Positions 1 through 8,600 of a DNA stretch of 64,000 nt are shown here, one piece after another. Made by a program: the position numbers and the translations under genes. The notes below the pieces were generated by a model, which was not told where the DNA came from, searched no databases, and worked only from the letters and a program-made list of their open reading frames with translations. The DNA lies in IMG/VR virus record IMGVR_UViG_3300028591_000169, positions 1-64,000 of that record; one strand, given 5' to 3'. Position 1 is the stretch's first letter; each line of letters starts with the position of its first letter. The stretch is from a virus (lineage: Duplodnaviria > Caudoviricetes).

Positions 1-141
1 AGTGAGCCCCTGATGCTGACTCGCTGGAGGGAGTACGACCGGGAAACCTCAAAACCTTAATCCAGTTGAAAGCAGACAGACCACGGCGTAATTGCCCAGG
101 AGTGCACTAACAAGGGACGCGCCCTTTTATTTGATTTTGAT

Positions 142-573
142 ATGACAAACGCAGAACTTTTGGCCAAGATAAAGGCCGAGATTGAACGGCGATGGAAGGA
201 TTATCGCAACTCCGTAACTCCAGACCAACCGAAGTATAGAACACATTACTTTGTTGGAAAAGGTGAGGTTTGTGAAGAACTCCTTTCCTTCCTCGACACC
301 CTTGAAGAACCCAAGAAGGACTATAACCAACTCTACAAGGACATAGCAGAATCCGAATGGTTCAAGAAGTCCTATGTCGGCAAGTCGCTTGATGATGTGA
401 TTCCAGTTGAAGAACCCGTCTGCGAGGAGTTGAGGGGAGAAATAGAGAAATGTTGGAAAGATTGGTTGTCCCCATCTAATCAACCATCTGTTGAAGGTGT
501 ACTCCCTAAAAGTGAGTTTATGATGTACGCCCGCCACTTCGCCCAATGGGGTGCGGAACACTTAAAGAAATAA
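142..573 (+). CDS. Hypothetical phage protein (143 aa)
   Basis: First of a run of closely packed plus-strand ORFs; no recognisable motif. Confidence 0.7.
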   Translation: MTNAELLAKIKAEIERRWKDYRNSVTPDQPKYRTHYFVGKGEVCEELLSFLDTLEEPKKDYNQLYKDIAESEWFKKSYVGKSLDDVIPVEEPVCEELRGEIEKCWKDWLSPSNQPSVEGVLPKSEFMMYARHFAQWGAEHLKK

Positions 574-578
574 GAAAT

Positions 579-1130
579 ATGAAAGATTGTACTACTTGCA
601 AATACGGATACGAAGATGAACGATTGGGAATCCCGATGTGCCATCACCCTAAAAGATTTTCCAAGGACTGCGTTGACTTTAATATGCACGAAGAAAAAGA
701 AACCAAAGAATCGGAAAAGCACGTCCCGAATGACCTTGAAGAAGCCGTTAGAAAATACCAAGAAGGTGTACCTGTTGATACAACGATTCATTATTGTGGA
801 GCAGATGAGGATGTGTACTTTGCAAATCATATTGTAGATGCCTTTATCGCCGGAGCGAAATGGCAGAAGGAGCAGATGATGAAGGATGGAAATGTAATCT
901 TGTCCGAGGAGGACTTTGATGCAGAAAAGGAAAAGTCGGTGGAGTGGGGCTACAGTCTATGCAAAGAGCAGATGATGAAGGAGGCGATTCATTACGTTGT
1001 TCAAGACGATTTGGATTCTCACGGGGCGTCGTATAATATTCCTTTTATCCGTATAGGAATAGCCGCACTTAAACCAAAAGGTATTGGGGTAGGCGACAAG
1101 GTTCGCATTATCATCGTAAAGGAGGACTGA
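579..1130 (+). CDS. Hypothetical phage protein with N-terminal CxxC and duplicated KEQMMK segment
   Basis: ATG at 579 lies just after the previous stop; CTTC...CHH...C motif; GAGCAGATGATGAAGGA is repeated at 870-886 and 966-982. Confidence 0.7.
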   Translation: MKDCTTCKYGYEDERLGIPMCHHPKRFSKDCVDFNMHEEKETKESEKHVPNDLEEAVRKYQEGVPVDTTIHYCGADEDVYFANHIVDAFIAGAKWQKEQMMKDGNVILSEEDFDAEKEKSVEWGYSLCKEQMMKEAIHYVVQDDLDSHGASYNIPFIRIGIAALKPKGIGVGDKVRIIIVKED

Positions 1131-1132
1131 AT

Positions 1133-1393
1133 ATGGAAAATGAAAATGACATCCTGTCTAAAATTCCATCGGATATGCCAGCGGGACCATATCTTTTAGG
1201 TTATGCACAAGCAGTACATGACTTAAATAAAGATTGGGGTGCATTCCGCAGAGAGGCAGCGAAGGATATACTTGCTGGAATGATGGCACACCCAAGAGTC
1301 ACATACGGAGAGTTCACCGCTGAAGGTTTATGCAAGAATGCAATTTTATTTGCCGACGAACTCATCAAGCAACTCAAGGAGGGAGAGAAATGA
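1133..1393 (+). CDS. Hypothetical phage protein (86 aa)
   Basis: Packed ORF; the C-terminal RREAAKDILAGMMA...AILFADELIKQL pattern is common in small Bacteroidota phage proteins. Confidence 0.7.
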   Translation: MENENDILSKIPSDMPAGPYLLGYAQAVHDLNKDWGAFRREAAKDILAGMMAHPRVTYGEFTAEGLCKNAILFADELIKQLKEGEK

Positions 1394-1680
1394 GCAAATT
1401 TAATCTTGATAGACTCCGAGAGATAGCCGAGCCAAGAAAGATGACAAGAGCAGAAGAAATGGCCCTGGAAGCCTATCCGCGAGACGAAGATAGGGAATTA
1501 AACTACCGCCGAGCAAACTACCGAATTGCATACGAGCGTGGCTACAAACAAGCCGAGAAAGACATCCTTTCCATCGTCGAATCTCGCCTCTCCGAAATCA
1601 TCGGCGACGCACAACCGAAACCCGCACTACGGGCAGAATTGGAGGAACTGATTAAACGAATCACGGAGGCAAAGAAATGA
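1390..1680 (+). CDS. Hypothetical phage protein (96 aa)
   Basis: ATGA overlap with the upstream stop fixes the start at 1390. Confidence 0.7.
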   Translation: MSKFNLDRLREIAEPRKMTRAEEMALEAYPRDEDRELNYRRANYRIAYERGYKQAEKDILSIVESRLSEIIGDAQPKPALRAELEELIKRITEAKK

Positions 1681-1817
1681 TTGAAGAAATAGAAACCTAC
1701 GACATCAAAGACCAGTGCGGGAATGTTTATGGCAAGAGTGTTCCGACCAATCTGGAACTGATGAAGAAAATCAACGAGATAATCCGCTATTTGAACGAGA
1801 AGGAGGCAAAGAAATGA
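1677..1817 (+). CDS. Small hypothetical protein (46 aa, MIEEIETYDIKDQCG...)
   Basis: Not in the ORF track; ATGA overlaps at both ends. Confidence 0.55.
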   Translation: MIEEIETYDIKDQCGNVYGKSVPTNLELMKKINEIIRYLNEKEAKK

Positions 1818-1969
1818 AAAAAATATTTGAAGGAGAAGTTGTATCCAAAGGAGATGAAAAGTACATTTATGTTGAAAGTGAATTGGCGTGCTACACCCTT
1901 CCCTTTGAGGCAAAGGAAGGAGAAAAGGTTAGGATAACTTATGAATTGATACAAGATGGCAAAGACTAA
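1814..1969 (+). CDS. Small hypothetical protein (51 aa)
   Basis: ATGA overlap at 1814-1817; MKKIFEGEVV...KVRITYE. Confidence 0.6.
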   Translation: MKKIFEGEVVSKGDEKYIYVESELACYTLPFEAKEGEKVRITYELIQDGKD

Positions 1970-2138
1970 CTACCTTCTCTGCTCCGGCGAGGCTTGTCCC
2001 TTGCGAATGACCTGCCGGAGACATCAGGAATGGCTCAACAACGAGGATGACGAGGCAGACGAAATGGAACCAGCGTACAATTATAAGATTGGAAATTGTG
2101 AAAGATTCGACATCAATAACTACTATTACGGCGGTTGA
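1956..2138 (+). CDS. Small Cys-rich hypothetical protein (60 aa)
   Basis: CSGEACPLRMTCRRH...C pattern; overlaps the upstream gene. Confidence 0.6.
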   Translation: MAKTNYLLCSGEACPLRMTCRRHQEWLNNEDDEADEMEPAYNYKIGNCERFDINNYYYGG

Positions 2139-2298
2139 TGAACCGAAGGGATTCATTACATTCGGACCAAGAGATAGTTTTTATGCTTGTGTCCAAGTAT
2201 GTTATGTGCCTACCAATGAGCAGATTGCAAATATTCAAAAATATTTTGGGTGGGATTTTATTACTCCAGAAGAATTGAAACGGTACAATGAAGGCTGA
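2047..2298 (+). CDS. Small hypothetical protein (start uncertain)
   Basis: The C-terminal part (PTNEQIANIQKYFGWDF) looks coding and fills the gap between its neighbours. Confidence 0.45.
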   Translation: MTRQTKWNQRTIIRLEIVKDSTSITTITAVDEPKGFITFGPRDSFYACVQVCYVPTNEQIANIQKYFGWDFITPEELKRYNEG

Positions 2299-2746
2299 TT
2301 TGATTGAGAGATTGTCTTGGCAAGACATCAAGGAGATTGATGAAATTCTTTTTCAACTATGTAGTGATGACTTTTGCGATGAGGAAGAATATTATTCCAA
2401 AGTGATCACAAGGTTGAACAAGCAGAATAAAACACTGCCGGCTTGTAAGGATAGGTACAAAGAAATCCTTCCAATCGCTGAAAGTATTGTCGGTGAAAAA
2501 AACCGAAAGGAGCGAACATTTGAACTGACTGTTCTCCGATGTATGATTGCAAGCAGGTTGAAAGAAGAAGGATACACATTGACCAATATTGCAAAGGCAA
2601 TGGGTTATGATCATTCAACGATTATATTCTATTTCAAGAAAAAGGCAGACTTCTTTACTCTTCCGCTGATGTACGAAAGAGAAGTTAGGTGGTTCAAATT
2701 ATTCGAACAAGAATTAAATAAAAATACTGAACATGAGACCAACTGA
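2288..2746 (+). CDS. HTH protein resembling the DnaA C-terminal DNA-binding domain
   Basis: LRCMIASRLKEEGYTLTNIAKAMGYDHSTIIFY resembles the DnaA domain IV RDHSTV signature. Confidence 0.6.
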   Translation: MKADLIERLSWQDIKEIDEILFQLCSDDFCDEEEYYSKVITRLNKQNKTLPACKDRYKEILPIAESIVGEKNRKERTFELTVLRCMIASRLKEEGYTLTNIAKAMGYDHSTIIFYFKKKADFFTLPLMYEREVRWFKLFEQELNKNTEHETN

Positions 2747-2945
2747 AAGTACCGAAGGATCATTGTACTCCATAATGAGAAATATGGATATGAACACGAA
2801 ACTCGTTGTTCCGTATGAGCAATGGGCGATGGTAAGATCAATGGCTCATGGACTAAAAAAGGATTTTGGGGCCAAATTCAAGGTCCGACGAATGATGACA
2901 CCAAGGACAAAACTAAATTTCATTCTTGTAAAGAGAATTGAATAA
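2733..2945 (+). CDS. Small basic protein, possibly DNA-binding (70 aa)
   Basis: K/R-rich; converges on the integrase gene. Confidence 0.5.
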   Translation: MRPTESTEGSLYSIMRNMDMNTKLVVPYEQWAMVRSMAHGLKKDFGAKFKVRRMMTPRTKLNFILVKRIE

Positions 2946-2958
2946 TGTTCGTAATGTA

Positions 2959-4185
2959 TTAATTGCCATTAACATAATTGATAACTCTTCGATTAGCATC
3001 GTCGACAGCTTGCTGATTGAATTTGACATATATGAGGGTAGTCCTATTTCCCGAAGAATGCCCGAGCGCCTGTGAGATGACATCCAACGGGACACCCGCT
3101 TCATAGGCGAAGGTGGCCCAGCAATGGCGTGCGTAGTATGTGGAGATTCCCGGAATGACGGGCTTGACGGTTTTTATTAGTCGTGGTGTACCGAACAGGT
3201 CCTCGGGGTCCGGGACCATCTCCACCACTTCCTCGCCTATCATCTTCAGGTGGTCGTTCATTTCGTGGGCGAAACTTTTATAGTGTTTGCATCCATCCAT
3301 CGCCCTGAGGAGATAGTTCCTGCCCTTGTATCTTTTCAGGAGTTCCTCGGCTTCCGGTTCGATCCTGATCGAATACTTCTTGTGCGTCTTCTCGCGGATA
3401 TACTCGAACCTGCCGTTTATTATTTGTTTCTCAAGGCCAAGTAGCAGGTCCTTGGAGTTGATTCCGATGAGATAGAACATGAGGAGGAAGTAATCGCGGA
3501 ACATCGCGTTCCTTTCGGATGTCGGATAGTCGAGGAACTTTCTGAAGAGTTCCACCGATACGCTCCGTTTCCTTGTCGGTTCCTGCCTGATGGAGAAGTT
3601 CTGGAACGGATAGGAGGAGATCACGTTGGTGTGCAGTGCGTAGTTGCACACAGCCCGGAGACTCCGGAGATAGATTGCCCGACCATTCACCCCCTGAGTC
3701 TTTGATAGAAACTTTTCAAACTGATGCAACCATTTAAGGTTTATGTCTTCCATCTTCAATGTCTTACCTCCGAACGCAAGCACTTTCGAGAGAGTGGCAC
3801 GATAAATTTCCTTCGTCCCTTCCTTGATATCGGTCGCAAGATATTCCGAAAACAAATCTGAAACGAGATGAACTGGCTTAACGACTTTCTTTTCCGTTAT
3901 CGCTTGTTTGACCTGTGGCGCCGTCATTGAATCGAATCTATTGGAATCTATTGATAGATATGCAATAGATCTGTTAATGGAAGAAATCTTCTCAGTAAGC
4001 TTGGCGTTGATCGCGTCACAACCCACGACACGAATGACGTGACTTCCGTCCCATTCGTTCGGGGCTACACGAATTCCAGTAGGTATCGTTGCCGTAGTAC
4101 GGTTGTGGTATATAGTGATGACGATGCTCCCTTTCCCGTCCTTCGCCCTCCCGCGAAGATCCAGGTAAAATCTTGTCGTGGCCAT
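2959..4185 (-). CDS. int: Tyrosine recombinase / phage integrase, Bacteroidota type (408 aa)
   Basis: N-terminal arm-binding-like region (FYLDLR...ATIPTGIRV), SAM-like core, and catalytic region IGINSKDLL, REKT, YARHCWAT, QALGHS, TLIY. Start set at MATTRF (4185) downstream of a promoter box. Confidence 0.93.
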   Translation of the reverse strand: MATTRFYLDLRGRAKDGKGSIVITIYHNRTTATIPTGIRVAPNEWDGSHVIRVVGCDAINAKLTEKISSINRSIAYLSIDSNRFDSMTAPQVKQAITEKKVVKPVHLVSDLFSEYLATDIKEGTKEIYRATLSKVLAFGGKTLKMEDINLKWLHQFEKFLSKTQGVNGRAIYLRSLRAVCNYALHTNVISSYPFQNFSIRQEPTRKRSVSVELFRKFLDYPTSERNAMFRDYFLLMFYLIGINSKDLLLGLEKQIINGRFEYIREKTHKKYSIRIEPEAEELLKRYKGRNYLLRAMDGCKHYKSFAHEMNDHLKMIGEEVVEMVPDPEDLFGTPRLIKTVKPVIPGISTYYARHCWATFAYEAGVPLDVISQALGHSSGNRTTLIYVKFNQQAVDDANRRVINYVNGN

Positions 4186-4201
4186 ATTGGAATACTTTCC
4201 G

Positions 4202-4209
4202 CAAATATA
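4202..4209 (-). promoter_or_regulatory. Bacteroidota sigma-A -7 box (TATATTTG) upstream of the integrase
   Basis: Matches TAnnTTTG, 16 nt upstream of the ATG at 4185. Confidence 0.55.
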
Positions 4210-4217
4210 TAAATTTG

Positions 4218-4235
4218 TCTGCAAACAATTCTGCA
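4218..4235. repeat. Putative integrase arm-type sites, left pair (TCTGCAAA, ATTCTGCA)
   Basis: Same motif and orientation as the pair at 4435-4458, on the other side of the tRNA fragment. Confidence 0.5.
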
Positions 4236-4334
4236 TAGCGTCACATGAGCCTGGAACAGATGTACAAAAGAAAAAGTCTCGACAATTCAAGTAACAAGTT
4301 TGTTTCATTACTTGACTGTCAAGACTTTACGTTG

Positions 4335-4380
4335 TGGAGATAGTCGGATTCGAACCGGCGACCCCCTGCTTGCAAAGCAG
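4335..4380 (-). other. attP core: 3' half of tRNA-Ala(UGC), from anticodon arm to discriminator
   Basis: Minus strand reads CTGC-TTTGCAA-GCAG GGGGTC GCCGG-TTCGAAT-CCGAC TATCTCC A. No D arm or 5' acceptor strand lies upstream; the site is 150 nt from the int start. Confidence 0.85.
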
Positions 4381-4434
4381 TGGAGTTCTCCGCTTAATCA
4401 CATGACAGTCACATAAATACGAAACCGCAAAAAT

Positions 4435-4458
4435 CATTCTGCAAAACATTCTGCAAAA
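4435..4458. repeat. Tandem 12-bp direct repeat CATTCTGCAAAA x2, putative arm-type sites
   Basis: Exact tandem duplication about 55 nt from the att core. Confidence 0.6.
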
Positions 4459-4691
4459 TGTACTCGTTTTTAGAACAGCATAACGATGGTAGCTGGTGGT
4501 ACCATCCGGGATGCACTTACGAAACAGAAGGGAAAGCAAAACAGGGATTCAAAAAGATGTTTTGGTGGGATTTAGACAGACCGCACAAAATCATATCGCA
4601 TTCGATTCCTTTCCCTCAAGATATTTCTCGATGCACATTTGATATGGTGCATTTCAATTTTGCTGGTGGAAAATTTTTTACATTACAATAA
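4458..4691 (+). CDS. Hypothetical phage protein (77 aa)
   Basis: First ORF of the resumed plus-strand run. Confidence 0.55.
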   Translation: MYSFLEQHNDGSWWYHPGCTYETEGKAKQGFKKMFWWDLDRPHKIISHSIPFPQDISRCTFDMVHFNFAGGKFFTLQ

Positions 4692-4692
4692 A

Positions 4693-4872
4693 ATGAACGA
4701 CTTGATTTGGAAGAAGATTGTTCCCGGTAAGCAATATGATGAACAGATTCTGATGATCGATGTGACTCATCGCAATTATCCTAGAACTGGATTCGGTAAC
4801 CGCTGGATGGGAACAGCAACGCACTACATTCCTGTGAAATTGTTGGAGAACATCTTGGAATACGAGAAATGA
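4693..4872 (+). CDS. Hypothetical phage protein (59 aa)
   Basis: ATG 1 nt after the previous stop; ATGA overlap with the next gene. Confidence 0.55.
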   Translation: MNDLIWKKIVPGKQYDEQILMIDVTHRNYPRTGFGNRWMGTATHYIPVKLLENILEYEK

Positions 4873-5342
4873 ACTACGATCTGACAAACAAAGAGAACAG
4901 GAAACGTTTCATCAATCGATGCAATGCTCTCCTGAAGAATCAGCGGAACAATGTCTGTCTGATTGATGAGTCCAACAGAACTCTGAATCAGAACAGATAT
5001 ATCCATGTATTATGTAGGATACTTGCACAGGATGTCGGAGTTTCTGAGGAGTACGCCAAGCAGGTTTACTTCAAGGAACTGGCAAATCCGAATATCTTTA
5101 TCACCTGCACGAAGGATCCGATAACAAATGAGTTTATCAAGATTACTCGCAGTACCGCCGACCTCAACATCAACGAGATGAGAAAGGCAATTGACGGGTT
5201 TATCAGATGGGCCGCGGAAAACGGATATGTATTGCCTGAAGCTACGCTGAACGATGATGGTACGATGACATTCAATGATGACCAGAACAATGAAGCATTC
5301 CATCAGGCTGAGATTGAAACAAGTAAGGAGGAATGGATATAA
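4869..5342 (+). CDS. NinB-like recombination-associated protein
   Basis: RTLNQNRYIHVL...EYAKQVYFK...RSTADLNINEMRKAID matches the NinB pattern (R-S/T-x-x-QN ... STxxL). Confidence 0.7.
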   Translation: MNYDLTNKENRKRFINRCNALLKNQRNNVCLIDESNRTLNQNRYIHVLCRILAQDVGVSEEYAKQVYFKELANPNIFITCTKDPITNEFIKITRSTADLNINEMRKAIDGFIRWAAENGYVLPEATLNDDGTMTFNDDQNNEAFHQAEIETSKEEWI

Positions 5343-5488
5343 TGGATAATACATTGATTGGAATTGATGAGTTCGATGAATTGAGAGATAAGTTGGAACC
5401 CATCATTCTGCAATTCGCAGAAAGACATTTTCACGGTGTGTCGCTCAAGATTGAATTCGAATTTGGAACGGTGACGATAGAAGTATAA
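5342..5488 (+). CDS. Small hypothetical protein (48 aa, MDNTLIGIDEF...)
   Basis: TAATG overlap with the NinB-like stop; ends just before a terminator. Confidence 0.5.
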   Translation: MDNTLIGIDEFDELRDKLEPIILQFAERHFHGVSLKIEFEFGTVTIEV

Positions 5489-5489
5489 C

Positions 5490-5520
5490 AAAGGGGAGAT
5501 GCATCACTGCGTCTCCCTTT
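5490..5520. terminator. Probable (bidirectional) intrinsic terminator between convergent gene blocks
   Basis: AAAGGG(G)AGATGC-ATCACT-GCGTCTCCCTTT hairpin with A- and T-tracts. Confidence 0.6.
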
Positions 5521-5609
5521 CAACAAACTCTAAACACCAATTATGAACAATTCATTCGTAATAAAGATAGCGAATGGAATGTGTCTTTTGACGGATATAA
5601 GCGTTTCAC

Positions 5610-8600
5610 TTACAGGTCATAAAATTGCAGGCTATTCTGCGGATGAAGACCACGATAAATCGTTCGATGCATTGGAATAAGTGGAGAATCCCAGAACAAC
5701 TTATACGCCTTGCTATGCCCTTTATATCGTCCGGTTTGAAGAATCTTCGTATAATTCGAAGGTATCATCAACTGCGCCATATTCGTCACTCCTTCCCAAG
5801 TATTGACGCATGCAGCAGGAGATTTGAGGATATTGAACGCCTCTTGAATCATTTGCGGATTGATTATCATCTGAGATCCGATTTCGGATTCAAGGCGACG
5901 AGTCTGATAAAGAAGCTGATTGAACCACCAGGACTTCGCAAGATTATCATCATCGTCATCCGCTTTTTTCTTCACGTCTTTTAAGATTGCGAATGCAGCG
6001 CAGACACTTACAAACTGTCCAACTTCAACTGCGAAACGCATTAGGTTCGCTTGCTCCCTGGGATCAAGATTCTTATAGCTGGTAACAATATCAAACTGTC
6101 CACGCCTAAGGTCTTTGACCAGTTGTGAAAAGAATCTACCGGCAGTTGTATAGAACCCCTCCTCCCATTCTTCAACATCGAAGTTATAATTCAGAGAACT
6201 GTATCTTCTATTAAGCGACGGCTTGATCCACTTTCGGAACATCAAACCAATTCTACCCCACGCATAAGCCTGTGCAGCGCAACGGTCTTCATAATTGTAA
6301 ATACCGTTCATTCGCTGGTTGATGGATTTAGCTTTGTTTGTGAATTTCATAACATCAACATTATCGTCAAAGGCGGTTCCGTCGGCTTTTTTAATACCGG
6401 GCTTTGTCACAAGTCTGCTTACCCCATTCTTATCCGTAACAACTTCCTGTGAATCCCAGAGACTGATTGGATTATTATCCTTGTCTCTTAAACCATACGC
6501 TTCGCTAAGAGCAAGAACAGCACGATTTTGAATCCAAAGTTCGCCAGCGTTATTAATGACATATAACGAATTCGAATTGAGTAATCTTGCAAATCTCGAC
6601 TTGGCATACTCCTGGCTACGAACATCACTTTCAAAATCCTGCATGGTATTGAATTTCTCCATGAACAGCGCAAGCTTTGAATGCTTAACGGGCTGTCCGA
6701 CATCGCCAAGGAAATCAGGGAGTGCAGACCAGAAAATAGAATCTGCTTTCGCGAGGTTCTTTACGGAGAAAAACTGACCCGCGATAGACTCTATTCGATT
6801 CATTGCCGATGCCGTCATTACGTTGCTTATACCGGAAAGTATATTCAGCGCAAACTGATTGAGCGCTGTTACTTCGTTTGATAGATTTGCAAGCATTCCA
6901 ACATCCATTCCAAGTATTTCTCCTTCGTCCTTCATGTATCTGGAATAAACCTGGGAGCTGAACCAATCATTCATTCTTCTTACGATGTTGGTAGCCTCTC
7001 CGGATTTGGTCAGATCCGTCTCGACGGTAATGCCAAAAGCCTGAAGAACATTGACAAGCGGTTTTGTTCCGGCTCTTTGGAGAACGGGGCGTTCATTTAT
7101 TTTTTCACGCACAAGTTCGAGAAGACCAACGACATTGTTCATTGCGCTGAAATTGCAGGACATATTAGCATACATCAGCATGGACGAAGTAACATCCTCG
7201 GAGATATCGTCAAGACTTTCTCCGTCTTTCGAATTAACGAACATGATAGGAAGAATCTCGACCTGTTTACCGGTAAAGTCCATTAGGACGGTCTTCTTGA
7301 CACCTTCATCCTGACCCTCAATTTCTCCACGACCATCAGTTTCCGGGTTATCACTGCGACGTTTTACCTTATCACGAAGAGCCTCTTTGGTCTCACGAAT
7401 GACACCATTGATGGAATCCTGACCCTTCAAACGTTCAATGAAATCCTTTCTGACGCGGACAATATTCAACTCGGTTGTTGAACCCTTTGGGAGTTTGGCA
7501 TCAAGTTCGCGCTTGATGGACATGACTTCCTTGTAATAGTTCTTACGAGCTATATCAAGGCGTTCTGCCTGGTCTGTGGATATGTACTTTCCTGTCTTAT
7601 GCCCATTCGGGTCCCTGGCAAACATAAAGGAAGTGTCGGTTATTCCGCTTCGCTTTAATTTCAAATAAGCGGCATCAAGACGTTTCTTGTATTCAATGGT
7701 CTCGAGCCGTGCGGCACTTCTTGCCTTTTTTGCCGTTGCGTCAAGCATACGAAGCATCATGTCGCCAGACTCAGCCATAGAATCAAGCCATCTATCGAAT
7801 ACCGTGATATCCTTTTCTGCTTGTTCAAGAAGCTCTTCCGCAGTAATAATGTCACCTTTTTTCTTACCGTTCCAAGTTCCAAAAGGAATTTCTAAACCTT
7901 CACCGACAAACCGTTTTACAAAAGAAACCAGAATAGGATTCTTCAGTTGCTCATAAGCAGCTGTCAAGCTTCCAATCATATATGTCGCCTGATTCAGAAT
8001 ATCCTTACGCTCTTGGTTCGGCTTGATAACGCCGGCGAATTCCGCTCTTGCAATAGCGTCGATTGATATGCGATAAGATTCAATGAAGTCTTTGATATTC
8101 TTCAGCGATTTTGCCCGTTGTTCGAGAGGAAGGTTTCCATTATCGCGAAGTTCCATAATAACCGATTCGGCTTTTTCGAGCTGCGTAAGTGTAGCGTCTA
8201 CAAAGTCATAGATACCAAGTTCATATTCTTCATCCTGGAATCTGGCATAAAGCGAAGATGTAAGGCTTTTATCGAAAGTCTTATCATAATCAGTATCGCG
8301 AGCAGATAGAATCTTAAACCGACGAACATTCGTTTCAATGATATCGTGAAGAAGATCCTGCTGTTTGGCAATGCGACCGCGAAGATTATTGAATTCTGGC
8401 GTATCGGTTTCCTGATTGAACTCAATAGTGGTTTCTCCGGTCATTTCGTCTTCGAGTTGACTTGTTATCGGAGAGCGCTTCGCATCCCTGATATAAGAAG
8501 AAATCTCATCTTCTCCGATCTTGGAGATAATCTCATTAAACTGGTCCCTGATTCTGGATACAAGTCCGGAAATACTAGCAATCTCGGGGCTCGAGCCAGA

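Noticed and set aside
29-41. GGGAGTACGACCG, resembling a conserved 16S rRNA segment
   Set aside because: Only 13 nt match and the flanks do not continue as rRNA; probably chance within the end of an upstream ORF.
870-982. 17-nt direct repeat as a regulatory or CRISPR-like repeat
   Set aside because: Only two in-frame copies encoding KEQMMK, explained by a small intragenic duplication.
4186-4308. 41-aa N-terminal extension of the integrase in the ORF track
   Set aside because: It runs over the promoter box and arm-type repeats; MATTRF at 4185 matches the usual integrase start.
4335-4380. Prophage boundary (attL or attR)
   Set aside because: Both flanks are phage-like and there is only one core copy in the window, so attP is the simpler reading. 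A tandem element extending outside the window is not strictly excluded.
4335-4410. Complete tRNA-Ala gene
   Set aside because: The sequence 5' of the anticodon stem forms no D arm and lacks the GGGGATA-type acceptor strand; only the 3' half is present.
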